Shown: positions 23,921 to 35,813 of the stretch, in pieces
Numbering within the stretch: position 1 is the stretch's first letter
Layout of the letters: every line of letters begins with the position of its first letter
Origin: Balanoglossus misakiensis
Taxonomy: Eukaryota > Animalia > Hemichordata
Direction: 5' to 3'
NCBI GenBank assembly: GCA_040954595.2
Contig: CM082577.2
Coordinates: forward strand, 9,449,846-9,513,845
Length of the DNA: 64,000 nt
The notes under the pieces: generated by a model
Told to the model about the DNA's origin: nothing
What the model saw: only the letters and a program-made list of their open reading frames with translations
Database searches by the model: none
Program-made: the position numbers and the translations under genes

Positions 23921-26553
23921 TCTCACTCACTCTCTCTGTCTCTCTTTGTCTCGCTCCCAGAAAAAGAAACAAGCACCTGTAGAGCTCTACCGGCAGAGAT
24001 TGTACACGGCCGGCTCATGTGCTACGGCGAGGCCGATGCCAGAGAGCATGCCGTCGGGACTCGCTGTGAATATAGATGTGACAGCGGCTACAGCCTGGAG
24101 CCTCAGCCGCCGTCGAGCACGGTCAGGATCTGTGAAGCCGGCGGTGGATGGTCAGGTCACAGGGGGTCTTGTGTTGGTAAGTGTGTCGTTTCTGTGTAGT
24201 ATTGGTTTCAGGTGCAATATTTCGTTTACTGACCCCAACGTACATGTACATATTCACTTTGTTCAGCCACTATGTGAGAAATTTCTCGGAAGAATGCAGC
24301 CCCTTTTCACCGAAATATAGGATTAAATCTGTTTAAAAAATAAGAATCTGTTTTCTGTTTAACCAAAGGACAGTCAAAAGGTTCAACTTCTGTAAAAATT
24401 TAAAATATCAGCCACCATTGCTGAAAATTGACGCAGAGTACTGTAATCATGTACATGATTTACTGCTGTATTTACAGCGCCATCGGAAATCGCGTCGTGC
24501 ACGCCGCTGACGCCCCCTAGCAACGGCGATGTCCGCTGTGACAGAGGTCCCGCCATTGGCTCCGCCTGCACCTACACCTGTGATGCCGGTTACAGACTTG
24601 TTGGTGGATCATTCGCGCGACTGTGTCTGGCTACTGCGGAGTGGAGTGGAACCGAGCCGTTCTGTCAAGGTATATAGTCTGCAATAAATCGATCATGTAT
24701 CCATGTGCACATACGGGCACAGAGACAGAGGGAGGGGCAGAGAGAGAGTGTGAGACGAAGAGAGAGAGAGACACACACACAGAGACAGACATACAGACAG
24801 ACGTATTACACACACGCACACATGCCCGCTACTGATAAATTTTGCCATAGAGTCAATAAAAATGAATCTCATTTATGTTTTTCGGAGAAATATCATAAAA
24901 ATTCTGCCTTACATCATAAATATTTCGTCATTGGCAGTGAAATGCTTTGTGCTTGTATAGTATTGTTTGTGTTTGAGTCGCTGGACCATGCGAAAGTCTC
25001 TCAGACTGGAAGTTTGACGGACAATTACGCAGCTCCATGGTGGCTATGTAAAGCGCGCTTTCTTATCCACACCCAGGGGATTCCAACCCGTGCCAGGAGC
25101 TGACCGCCCCGCCGAACGCGGTCATCCGCTGCCAAGGTCAGGCGGTGGACGACCGATGTCAGTACAGATGCAATTCGGGCTACAAGATGACGTCAGGGTC
25201 GCCGGAGAGACAGTGCCAAACCAACGGGAAGTGGAGTGGTTCCGAACCCGTGTGCACAGGTACGCAAAAATCATTCAAATTTACTATGATTAAAACGCCA
25301 TTGCTTTGTTGGTATCTGGTGGAGGGGGTCTCCAACTGACGCGACCTCTGAATCATGGTTGGGTTTTGTCTACCTCTCATATAAGGAGCCATGTTTCAGA
25401 TGTACCTGGCCGCGCCGATCTCGTGAACGTTTGATCCTATACCAAAACCAAGAAACCAACCATACAGCAGATCAAAATGTTCCCGGCCAACGGGTTCTCT
25501 CGACTCGCTTCGACGCACTCAACGAGTTGTTATTATCATGATTTTTGAGTGTTCAAAGATATTACCTAGACACACAAAACCTGTCTGATTTATTTTCGTG
25601 TGGTCTCGACTTCATGATTCGCCAACAGAAGTTAGATGCGAACCTCTGCCACCCCCGGACAATGGCCAAGTGGTGTGTTCCGGCGGCTACAGTTACGGCT
25701 GCAGGTGCGACTACTATTGCAATGTTGGATACTACGTCACGGGCGGTTCCTACACCCGTTACTGCGATGGACGAGGACAGTGGACTGGAACTTCATGTTC
25801 GTGCCAACGTAAGTAAATTGTTTCGATTCGACTGCAGATAATGCCAGCCACCATGTGCACGTACCGTGGTGTATTTCAGTGAGAAAGGCGAGTTGGTAAT
25901 AATGTAGCCGGGGGGGGGGGGGGGTGAGTCATGTTGATCTTCGAGTGTTATCGCTGACAAAATTTGCTTCAAGGGGAGCTACCCCAGAAATTTCTCGCCG
26001 GACACTTACGCTTACGCTACCATATAGCCAGTGGTAGCTTTTAAAGGGCGGCGCATGTGCCAAACCAGAGACTCTTACAGTCAATGCCATCAGCCAGTAT
26101 CCTGTCCTATCAACATGGCGACGACCATAGTCGGTGTCAGAGATCGGGAAAAGACAGCAAAATTGGTCGAAAAGAAGGGACAAAACTTAAGTCTTCTTAT
26201 ACACGGTGCGAATGTGTCACGTTACACGTGTGACCACGTCTGCTCAGTTAAGCCAGTCCCGCTTGTGAGATGGTTTACCGGCGTTTAATTCTTCTGGCAG
26301 CGAACTCTCCGTGTCCACTGCCAAAATGTTAATATTCGTTCTGTCTTACTGTCTCTCTCTCTCTCACGTAGCCATTCAAGTAAAATGCAGCAACAGAAAC
26401 TACTGCATGAGGAGCTGCGGCACCAGACGTTGCTCGCCCGGCGCCACGCGACTGAAAAGAGCCATTGACGCCGTCAAGAACCGACCGCAAACCGATCTGA
26501 TCTCCGAACCGCTGCTTGCCGGTCGTGGCGAAGATGAACTCGAGTGGGTTTAA
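8262..26553 (+). CDS. Secreted HYR + 14 sushi (CCP/SCR) domain protein, SVEP1/SRPX/selectin-like modules, ~1090 aa, 19 coding exons
   Basis: Exons: 8262-8337 signal (MDTQRAARKALAVLVLLAGLVADKS), 16319-16438 Cys/Pro-rich, 17337-17472 and 17908-18029 HYR (DNIPPVFHGCP..W.EP.ASDN; THTITYTANDFAGNNAQCQFTITV). Phase 1-1 sushi exons: 18472-18651, 19069-19248, 19579-19755, 20049-20231, 20659-20835, 21115-21291, 21613-21810, 22238-22432, 22783-22980, 23418-23618, 23961-24176, 24478-24669, 25077-25259, 25629-25808. Last exon 26372-26553. Each sushi shows C..P..G...C...G..C.Y.C..GY.....R.C...G.W.G....C. No transmembrane segment seen. Confidence 0.88.
11437..11545. repeat. (ACTC)n microsatellite
   Basis: Perfect ACTC tandem run. 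Confidence 0.97.
13228..13422 (+). repeat. Two-copy ~103-bp imperfect tandem duplication
   Basis: tccccttgccgttgggttgagggcggga...caaagcctgtagaacaaa starts at both 13228 and 13331. Confidence 0.9.
14535..14689. repeat. Compound trinucleotide microsatellite (CAT)n(CAC)n(CAA/CAG)n
   Basis: Visible directly. It generates the poly-D/G/V and poly-M/V/L ORFs in the track. Confidence 0.97.
18788..18901. mobile_element. Palindromic MITE-like element (TAGACT...AGTCTA)
   Basis: tagactgagagattcagtcgtgtgcgggcgc ... gcgcccgcacaggactgaatcttccagtcta: ~31-bp imperfect terminal inverted repeats. Confidence 0.8.
19324..19549 (+). mobile_element. TTAA-bounded non-autonomous DNA element (Kolobok-like); related copy at 51679-52053
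   Basis: ttaaagg...cctttaa ends. Shares gatatcaagaatacatggaatacttgcataaa and downstream blocks with 51679-52053. Confidence 0.7.
20262..20381. repeat. (GGAT)n(GAAT)n microsatellite
   Basis: Visible directly. Confidence 0.97.
22014..22137. mobile_element. Palindromic MITE-like element; partial copy near 38679-38728
   Basis: Outer arms tagcgccctca / tgagggcgcta and inner arms tttgaactcaaagcgaggccaat / attggcctcactttgagttcaaa. The same left end recurs at ~38679. Confidence 0.78.
22517..22717. repeat. (GAAT)n(GTAT)n(GTTT)n compound microsatellite
   Basis: Visible directly. Confidence 0.97.
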
Positions 26554-28679
26554 GAAAGTCATCTAGTTTGCCACTTTTCGGAGAGCGATGGCACTGATGT
26601 ACTTGATAAAAACACACACGCCTATATGGTATCCTACTCGATATATCACCATCAGTTAATCTATAGGCATATCAGTATGTAAGATGAACGACTTGTTAAA
26701 TTTAAATTAAGGTAGTAAGTGTAGTTACTTATCCACCAACCAATTCACGTTAAAATCAAAGCGATTCTGGTAATCCAGAGGTAAATATCATTTTCTAAGC
26801 ACGCACGCAATTAACTCGGCTATCGTTTAAATTGAGAATCACGGGGGCATTTTATCCAACTGTGATCATATATTTACCGCGCTTGATTGAACGAATCAGC
26901 GACTGTCTTGTTTGATGGAGGTTGGCATGGGAGTTCTCCTGCACTCGGCACTGATGATAGCCAATCGAGGACGATGTTACGATCAAGATTAGTGCTGCCA
27001 GACTGAAAGGCGAGTCAAACCTTACATCAGAGACTGATCAAACGCAGGCAGGGACAATACCCGTCGACCTGTGACAACATATATAAAGAGAGCCCTGTAG
27101 TTGTAATTAATCCAATTGGAATTATAACTAGAAAAAAGTATTAAGCGCATGCGTAATAGTTTTTATCCATAGACACCGCGAAGCACAAGAAATAATACTT
27201 CGACATTAGTTTTACCGTGGAGTCCATTACATAATTTTGTAGCACTTTTGTCTTGGAATTTGTTTAGAAATCGTGGTGGTTTTTTCAAGGAACGAACCTT
27301 GCTGTTATATATGCATTTTAAAATACACAATACATTTTTATCGTCACGTTGATATTGTTTCTTTTTGAAAAACATATACATGCACGATCTTTTTACATAT
27401 ATTCCCTAATTGAGTTACAATTGCATTTTATATCATGGAAGTTTGATAGAACCGTTTCAGATATCAATAACGTTAATATTGAAATAACAACATGGTGCTT
27501 CCAGCCAACTTTACTGTATGAAGTTTTTAAAACATTATTTTCGAAAGATTTGTTATATTGTTTAGAATGAGTTTCGACCGGCATACGTGTCGTCTAAAGT
27601 TAGACGTAGTCTACATTCGAGGTGGCATTAGGATGACACGTAAAATATTTTACACTGATGTAATCTGTACTAACCGACCGTGCGTGGATAAAATTTTCAA
27701 GATAAACTAAATGAACTACCAACTTGTACTTAGACGTTTCTAATAAGATTCATTCAATTATGCTTTCAATTTGTAGCCTTTCAGAAACAAAAAATAAAAA
27801 CATTGGTTTGTTTTCTTGAAACAAGGGTGGTCTGGTTAATCGCTCAATCTTCGCGTTGGGGGGGGGGGGGCAACGGAAATCAACTCTCTGACAAACCGAC
27901 AACGCTCCTATGCAGTGGAAGAACTGCAAAGAGCTGTTGTATAACTGTGTGAAATTTGCGAATTTGTTTAATCCTTAAGACATCATTACCAGAGCTTGCG
28001 TCATAGGCCCGAGCTAGCTGCACGAGCGACAGACCGGCCCTATAAATTTTTTAATCGATTCCGATAATACTATCGAACCTTTCGGTTCTCCGTGTTAATC
28101 CAAGGTGTGTGAATGTTATGTACAGGTTGCTAAAATAAGGGATTTGGTCCTTAAATGTAAAATTGCTTTACACCAGGTATAACAATTCATAATACCAGTG
28201 ATGCATATGATGGCCGAAAATGTGAACTTCAAGTCTAAGATTAAACTGTGCCAACCCACAGGGTGAACAAACGTTATGTATAGTGGAACTGTATAAAAAG
28301 AGACTAGTTCCAGTACTTGTAGTCTGGGCGGGAAAGCAAAAAATGAGCTTGTCGCCGGAACCTCAACATTCTCAGTAGCGACGTTAAGTTGTTCGGCAAT
28401 CACGTTATTATCATTTTCAAGGCTTTTAGTTTATATACGTATTCCTAAAGCTATCCCAGTCAAGGCAAACAAATTTCGTTTTCACATAGATGTTATGTTA
28501 TTTAGAATAATTTTATCGTGAAATACTTCACCCCAATAAAGTTAGTAAAACACGGATTGTTTTCTCTCTTCTGGTGTCCGTGCTTGTTCCGTTATGTCTG
28601 TCCGTGCACCGTGGATGTTTTACACTGTTTCATTGGCTGGTTGAGGTTCGGAACATCCGGGAGTTTAGCGGTGACGACA

Positions 28680-29318
28680 TCACTGTCCGCCGCACAGCTC
28701 TTCTATCCGCCCCGGCGGGAAGAGGAACGAACTCTTGCAGGTGCCCGTGTTCGGGTCGAAGATGTGGAGCGGGTTCTCGCACGGAAGGTGTTCCGCTATG
28801 CCGCCCTCACAGAAGTAGAACGAGTGACAGTCTTCCGGGTCCAGGAAAAACCCGTCCGGTTCCGGGCAGATCCCAAGCTGTTGGTCTGATTGTGAAAAAA
28901 AGAGAGAATGAAATGAATCGATATTTCGACATTCTCTATTTTTGTCCAGGTGCCAAAATCCTCAACCCCTTTCGACATAAGTATACAACTCTAGGTATGG
29001 TTAAAACTGAATGAAAGCCGGAATGAAAAAAAGGAACGATCTCACACATGTATCTTTTCACGAGTTTAAAACTCGAACATCGGACTTACAGCTGGGATGC
29101 GAAGCTAGGCACTTGACTGGTAAAAGTTGAAGAGATCTTACTAAATTTCACATCACGTAAGAAGAGTGACCAGGTATTTTGACATAATTGGAAATGATCA
29201 TAAATAATGAACACAAGCCACAATATAATTACTTACCATCGCACAAGTCTTCTTGACCGACTACACCAGTAACCATAACAATGACATAAATGAAGGCGAC
29301 GCACAAAAATCTGGCCAT
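28680..29318 (-). CDS. Small secreted chitin-binding peritrophin-A (CBM14) protein, 95 aa, 2 exons
   Basis: Exon 29237-29318 MARFLCVAFIYVIVMVTGVVGQEDLCD (signal peptide, gtaagt donor). Exon 28680-28885 DQQLGICPEPDGFFLDPEDCHSFYFCEGGIAEHLPCENPLHIFDPNTGTCKSSFLFPPGRIEELCGGQ*, with the CBM14 pattern C..DG.F.DP.DC..FY.C..G......C....FD.....C....C. Confidence 0.88.
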
Positions 29319-31515
29319 GTTTCTCATTTGGCACCAGCTATCTTCTGATAGTGAATGACAGTTTCATGGGAACTGTATCCGACCCAGCGATCATGTGAGA
29401 GAAAGATGTCTCGCCCCTCAGCAATATATACACCGAGGCATATGACGCGGAAAACGTCGACTGTCGCAATCACAGGAATAAGAGAACTACTCAAATTCGA
29501 AATACATATGGCAGAATTTAACGGGAAGTCTTTACGCATGATGACCGCATGCGTGAAATGACTTGTTTCTAGTCGCTGACATCGGAAGTGGTGACGTCAT
29601 ACTAGCTATAGCCCATAATAGCCCGTGTCGTTGGAAAGCGTGAAGCATACTGTTTGCGTTGCTAGCAGTGAACATGTTGACCACGTTAGGGATAACACGC
29701 AAAGTTTCTCTCGAGAGGAAAATGATGACGTATCTATGAAGGCTCAGTATCAAGTGTGAGGAAAACTGATAGGGCAATTCAGCGGTTTTTACGTCCGCCC
29801 ATGCATGTATACACCCACCCACTCATCTTTCCATCCACCCGTCCGTCCACCATACAGATGACAATTTCTTTCCATGCGCAAAGTATTTTAAGCCTAGAGA
29901 GAGACTTGACCTTCATTATACCAAGCATGCCCAGACAAACCACTTCTCAGACAACACCATTTCTCACAAACCGAGGCAACACCGAGAATGCATGGGAGGC
30001 GAGAGATATTTGTCAAGATCGGCGATGTGGTGTCCCACACCTGTATAGCAAGACCCGCTTAGCACTATCTCTGTGAGATTCACCATTCGACTTCTAAGGA
30101 AATCATAGCCTCTACCAAAAGCTAATAAATCTCTTTGAGCGAAATGAAAATCACAAGGCCTTTGTCTTTGATTAAACGTCCCACTGGCCACTTTCCGTCA
30201 CACAATATCCGTGCATATGCTTCATATTATTCGAAACCCGCGGAGCTAGCGCTTTCAATATGGCCGTTCATTCGCGTAAATATGCTCCCTCCATTTGCAA
30301 TCACCGATGTGAGGGGACGGCTTAGCCGCGCTCAAATAACAATTTCACGCCAATTATCGTCTGCTGATAACCATGTCAATTTGCTCGAAATGAAGGACAT
30401 TTTGTCAGTATGATATCGGGTGAACTATGCATGTTCTGTTTTTGCAGCCACGTTGCCCATCCACATCTACAAGGTACGAAAAAAAACAAGACTGAAACTG
30501 ATTTTGGATAATGTGAATATTTTCTAGAAGCGCGTTGTGCAGGAAGTATGTGACAGTACTTTTTCTTAAGAGCGTGTGAAACTTCGTAATGGGATATACT
30601 TTTATTAGACTGAAATGATTAAACAGCATTTTATTATGTTAGTACAATTGATATGGATTTAAATATACATGTTCAGAAAATAAGCTGCAAGACGTACAAA
30701 ACTATAAAAATGGGATGAAAGAGTGTGCATAATATTAGAATTTTGCCTACGCTTCAACATTATCCAATTATCTCTAATTAAATCACATTCAAAGTACCGG
30801 GTAAAGGGATGGTGATCTCTAACTTGCTTAAAATCACATTCAAAGTACGAGGTAAGTGGTTCTGATGGAAACGGCATTTTTCAAGTAGGGACGCAAATAA
30901 AACGTAATACCACCACCCAGAACTGTGCAACAACTATTCAGCGGTAGGACATGGAATGAATAACACACAAGTACATGTTGTCAGTGTCTCTCTCGGACTT
31001 ATCGACTGAGTGACCAATTCAAACCATACAAAGATCGGGTAAATATCAAGTGCGTCTACTCGTGCCATGTAAAACAGACGTTCGAACAAACGCAAACTAA
31101 CTTCGAGTCTGTGCACTATTACCATCCTTATATACGTCTATATATAGTTGCAGTATACCAGTGAACGGTAGGTCGGGTTTTGTGGCTCACCGGTTACATT
31201 TAAGGGGTTTCCTTTCCAACCACATTAAATGTTTGGTTCTAAAATATCTTCGAATCTCCGAGGCGTCAGCTGATACCAATTAAATTTGTGGATCTCTGCC
31301 AGAACAATGGCGTAGTACAAAGGAGAGCTTAACACTCGTGCTCCAGTCTTCTAAATAATAAAGAAATTACATAAACTTCCTCTGAAAATAAGTTTTGAAA
31401 TGTGCCTAATGATGTGTTGATAGTGAAAATACCGTCTGTAGAAGTAACTACAGTGGAGAAAGTAACAGTGAAGAATTGTGGAGAGACGACATCGACACAG
31501 CACGCACGTTGTTCA

Positions 31516-34500
31516 CTAATCGGAGAGCCCTCCGTTGACCGCTATAATCAAATGAAACAGAAGAAATTAAGTTTGATTTCAACAAAGTCTAAATGCAATT
31601 AGAGAGAACATATTCTACATCCGTCAATAACAGTTTGAGATGAAAACTCATTGTGTTGTTTTCTTATTTTGAACGATAAATTTGAATAAATGTTTATTTA
31701 TACCCGATCTCTTACACCCGTTCTTGGCATATATTGGTGTGTTTAATATTGGTGTCATTTTTAATAAACAGATGATGTGACAAGTATAAAATATGGTCTA
31801 TTATACTTACGATCTATATAGAATTGGCAGTTCACACCCACCCACGATACAAGACATCTACAAGTATAGGTGTTTACCAGGTCCGTGCAGACACCGCCAT
31901 TCAAACACGGAGAGCTTGCGCACTCGTTGATCCGATCTGTTCGGGAAGGGAAAGGGGCAAAGGTCAGACTAGTTTCAACCATACAAGCTACTCTACTTCG
32001 GGAGCCGAAGTTTTTCTCAAAAGGCATCAGCAGAAAAGAAGTCAACTGGAGTCACTTTGAACTTCCAAATTTTGTCCGTGAAAATTGTTATGACAACACT
32101 TTCAAATTGGCAATCAGTCCATGACAACTTTTCACTCGTCTCCCAAAAATTAACCATGTTTTAAAGGATAGGATGCGCCTCTAGTCATTAATTGCCTCTA
32201 AACTAATAATATACAATCAGGCCTACGAGCTGCTGAAAAATTGGTCTGCTGGTTGCCTCAATTGAAATGCCCTTGGCCCTCAACATGCCGTTTTCTTCTC
32301 TGGTTTGAAAATCACACTCGTTAATATGACAAGCCATGTAAAAATTCAACGTTTTCTGAAATTCTGTCTTCGAGATGCATACTATACCTTAACAGGGAAG
32401 ATATTGACAACCATACATATTGTTTACCTACAGGATCACCAAAATATTCTTACCGACACATTGATATGAGGCTATACCGTCGACGCAGTCATAACCAGGT
32501 GCACACGGGTTACTTATACACTCGTTGCCATCTGTTGGTAAATTAAAGCAAACGTTTTCTTTGTGAGTTTTGGGATGTTTAAAATTGGATTTTTCGGCCT
32601 TTCCTGATACATTTCATCGTAAGTGTGATTTGCTCAATTAAAGAGACAAGGTCGCCACTTTAGTCATTACGATTATTTGAGTTTTTTTAGTTTCTTTCAG
32701 TGACTATTTCATGTTGTTCTAATTCTACACACTGGAAAATAATCACGGGTTGTTACAGCTCATCTCCCTCCACGAGCAGAGGTTACACATGTATAATGCA
32801 ACTGTGATGCTACCTTTGGCCACTATCTGTAACTTCTGGCTATTTTTCAGTATCTTTGTTTTGTGTATCAACTGCATTTTCCAGTTCTCCTCTATATAGT
32901 ATCTCAACGTGCCCGGTTTTCTGTTTGTCAAAAAGTCATATATGTATATACCGATCATGGTTCTTGTTTATAAACTTTCTCAAGTACTGACTTGAATACA
33001 ATCTTTAAATCAATAATAAACGTCAATTCCGCACGCTAGAATGCTACAAATAAAACAAGGGAAAGAAAATAACCAAAACAACAATGTTAAAAGTGGAGTT
33101 ATAACGCCTGTATGATACTTGCCTGCCGTGTAAGTCAGCGAAAAACCAGGCAACACGATGACTTTATCCGATGCCCAGATAACGAAGATTTGGTTCGTGT
33201 ACACCGTGTAAGGATCGGGAACTCTGTTGCCGTCGAAAAATCTCACGCTCGGCAGACTGAAGTCGGCCACCGGCCCGGTTCCGATCTCCACCGAGTCCTT
33301 GCTGGCCTCCACGTGAAAGGGTTCGTTGAACACAATCCTTATCGAGATGGCTGTAGGGACCCGGATGAGGTACACGCAGTACTCCCTGTTCCCGTGCTCG
33401 TTGGGATGGTTTGGTGACGTCACAGTGCCAGAAGGACCGAAATAATTCGACCCGCAGTTTTGAACTGCAATGAAAAGGGAGTCATTCAGTCTCTCAACAA
33501 TGCTTTCAATTTCCGTTCTCTGCGACTTTTCAACAGGTCACTTAGTCGGGTTAAACTCTGGCGACACTCCATTCTGGCGTCTCTCTGCTCAAACACGCGT
33601 AACACAAAACACTACACGATGTAATTTCTGTAGCTGCTCATTATCATTCTATGTTCTTTATTTTCGTTCTGAACCTGACAATATTGTACTTTTCTGAAGG
33701 AAAAAATCAACTGAGACTAGAGCCACAAACATTCATGTAGGCACACTTGATCGTTCGCTGTAAGAAAAAAAAATTGCGGCAGTTCAGGAATATGACTTAC
33801 GTGAGGGCTGGTCGCAATCCTGTCCCATCCAGCCGTATGGACAGAGGCATATGTAGCCAGGTTCCAGTACAGCTCTCTGGCATGGAGCTCCGTTCTGACA
33901 GGGATTCACGTCACATTCTGCAATGAGAGAGATTGTGAAATATGTCTTGTTAGCTTTGAGAACGTTTCATAAGCATGAAGTTTCTTGTCAAACTGACAAA
34001 CAAGTGGAGAATCATCAGAAGGCGAAGCGGTTATATTTTATTCCTCACCTGTCATTCGTGGTGCCAAATGGGATTACATAATCCCGCTACATTTGAACCG
34101 GGGCCAACTACCTTTAAAAGAAGACAGTCGACCACCACATGCATGTCAAACACAAGTAGACCCACACACACAACGCAATCTTGTAAATAATGGAACCCTG
34201 TTACGCCAGCATACAGCGTGGACAATCACGGAGACAAAACAATTTGCGGAATCCGGTCGATACCAGTTAATTTAAAAGACATTTGTACTTCTACAAAACA
34301 ACACAACATTGTATACTTTTTAATGAAAATCCAAATTGATTATAACCACCTTTGATAAGTCTTGAAATTCAAAATTAGTACATTGTAATAATTTTACTAA
34401 CACGTTGAAATAATTAAGGAACCAATAAACGTTTGAGGAGAGACCGTAATACTAATTCCATATCGCCATATACATGAAACATTGAAATAAGTTTACAGAA

Positions 34501-35782
34501 AGTCACGTCTGACAGATCAACATCGCCTCCTCGAATATCATCACCCAGTGACCACACACCCCAAACCCCGAGACTCGGTTATCGTCGGTACGGTTCTGGA
34601 GAAGATTTTTGAAATTTTAACCAGATTTCTGAAAAAAACCTGCAACATTGACAGCAAAATATCCAAATTACAAAAATGATGGGCAGAAGGTAGACTACCT
34701 GTACGCCAAATCTGAAGTCGATCTGACTTGCAGTTTCTGAGATCTGAGATTTGCATTTTTTTTCTCAGAAAATACAATATGGCTGCCAGGTCATGGGTTC
34801 AATGCACGACTACTCATTGACCTTGACCACTGTAGCAAGTTTGACAAGTGTATCTGCAGCAGTGTCTGAGATCTAGGTGAATAAAAAATGGAACCAAGAA
34901 TAAAGAAAGAAAGAAAAATTCCAACGAAACCAATAGGGCCCAAGGGCTTGCGTGCGCTTGGGCCCTAAATAAAAATAACTTACCTTCATCGCAGTTCGTT
35001 CCAGTCCTGTCAGCTACACACGTGCAGGTGTAAAATGTCCTGAAGTTTGTACAGTTGCCGCTATTATGACAGGGATTTGAAACGCACAAATCGATTTCTG
35101 CAACAGAAGTATCACAACCACTTCGTTAGTAAACAAGATAAGGCCAACGCGAAATGGTCAAAAACAGTCCCCGGAAATATGCAATCACGGTATCAAATAA
35201 CACACGACTTCTTTTCTTAGTGGTAAGATAAACTAGTCCCACCCGTCCCCGTTACGTTTACAGAGACATAGAATGTTCCGGCGTTGACCAACCTAGCTCA
35301 CAGTCTTTGCCCGTATAACCGGGGCTGCAGATGCAAGTGTAGTCGATCTGATAGTTCACACGGGTAGCGCCGTTCTTGCAAGGATCTAGATCACACAAGT
35401 CAATGGGTGCCCAAAAGAGTATATAACCACGTTATTGTAATCTTATGAGAGACCAACACAGTTTTATCTATTATCCTACCCACAGCTTTGTTTGTTTTCA
35501 ACATAGTACGGTATATGCGGTATCGCAAAGTTTTTATTTCAGGTCTTAGCCGCAGACGAGCTAGACAACACGCAATATTTCGCAGTTACCTATTTCACAG
35601 TTTATTCCCGTCCATCCATCCACGCAAGTACAGGTGTAGAACTGGATGAAATTGTTACACGTGCCGGCGTTGTTGCACGGATTACTGTTACAAGGATTGA
35701 CCACTGTGTTAAAGAAAAACATAAAAATCGAGTTTTGATTAATTGATTGGTTGGTTGGTTGGTTGGTTGGTTGGTTGATTGG

Positions 35783-35813
<31 letters not shown>

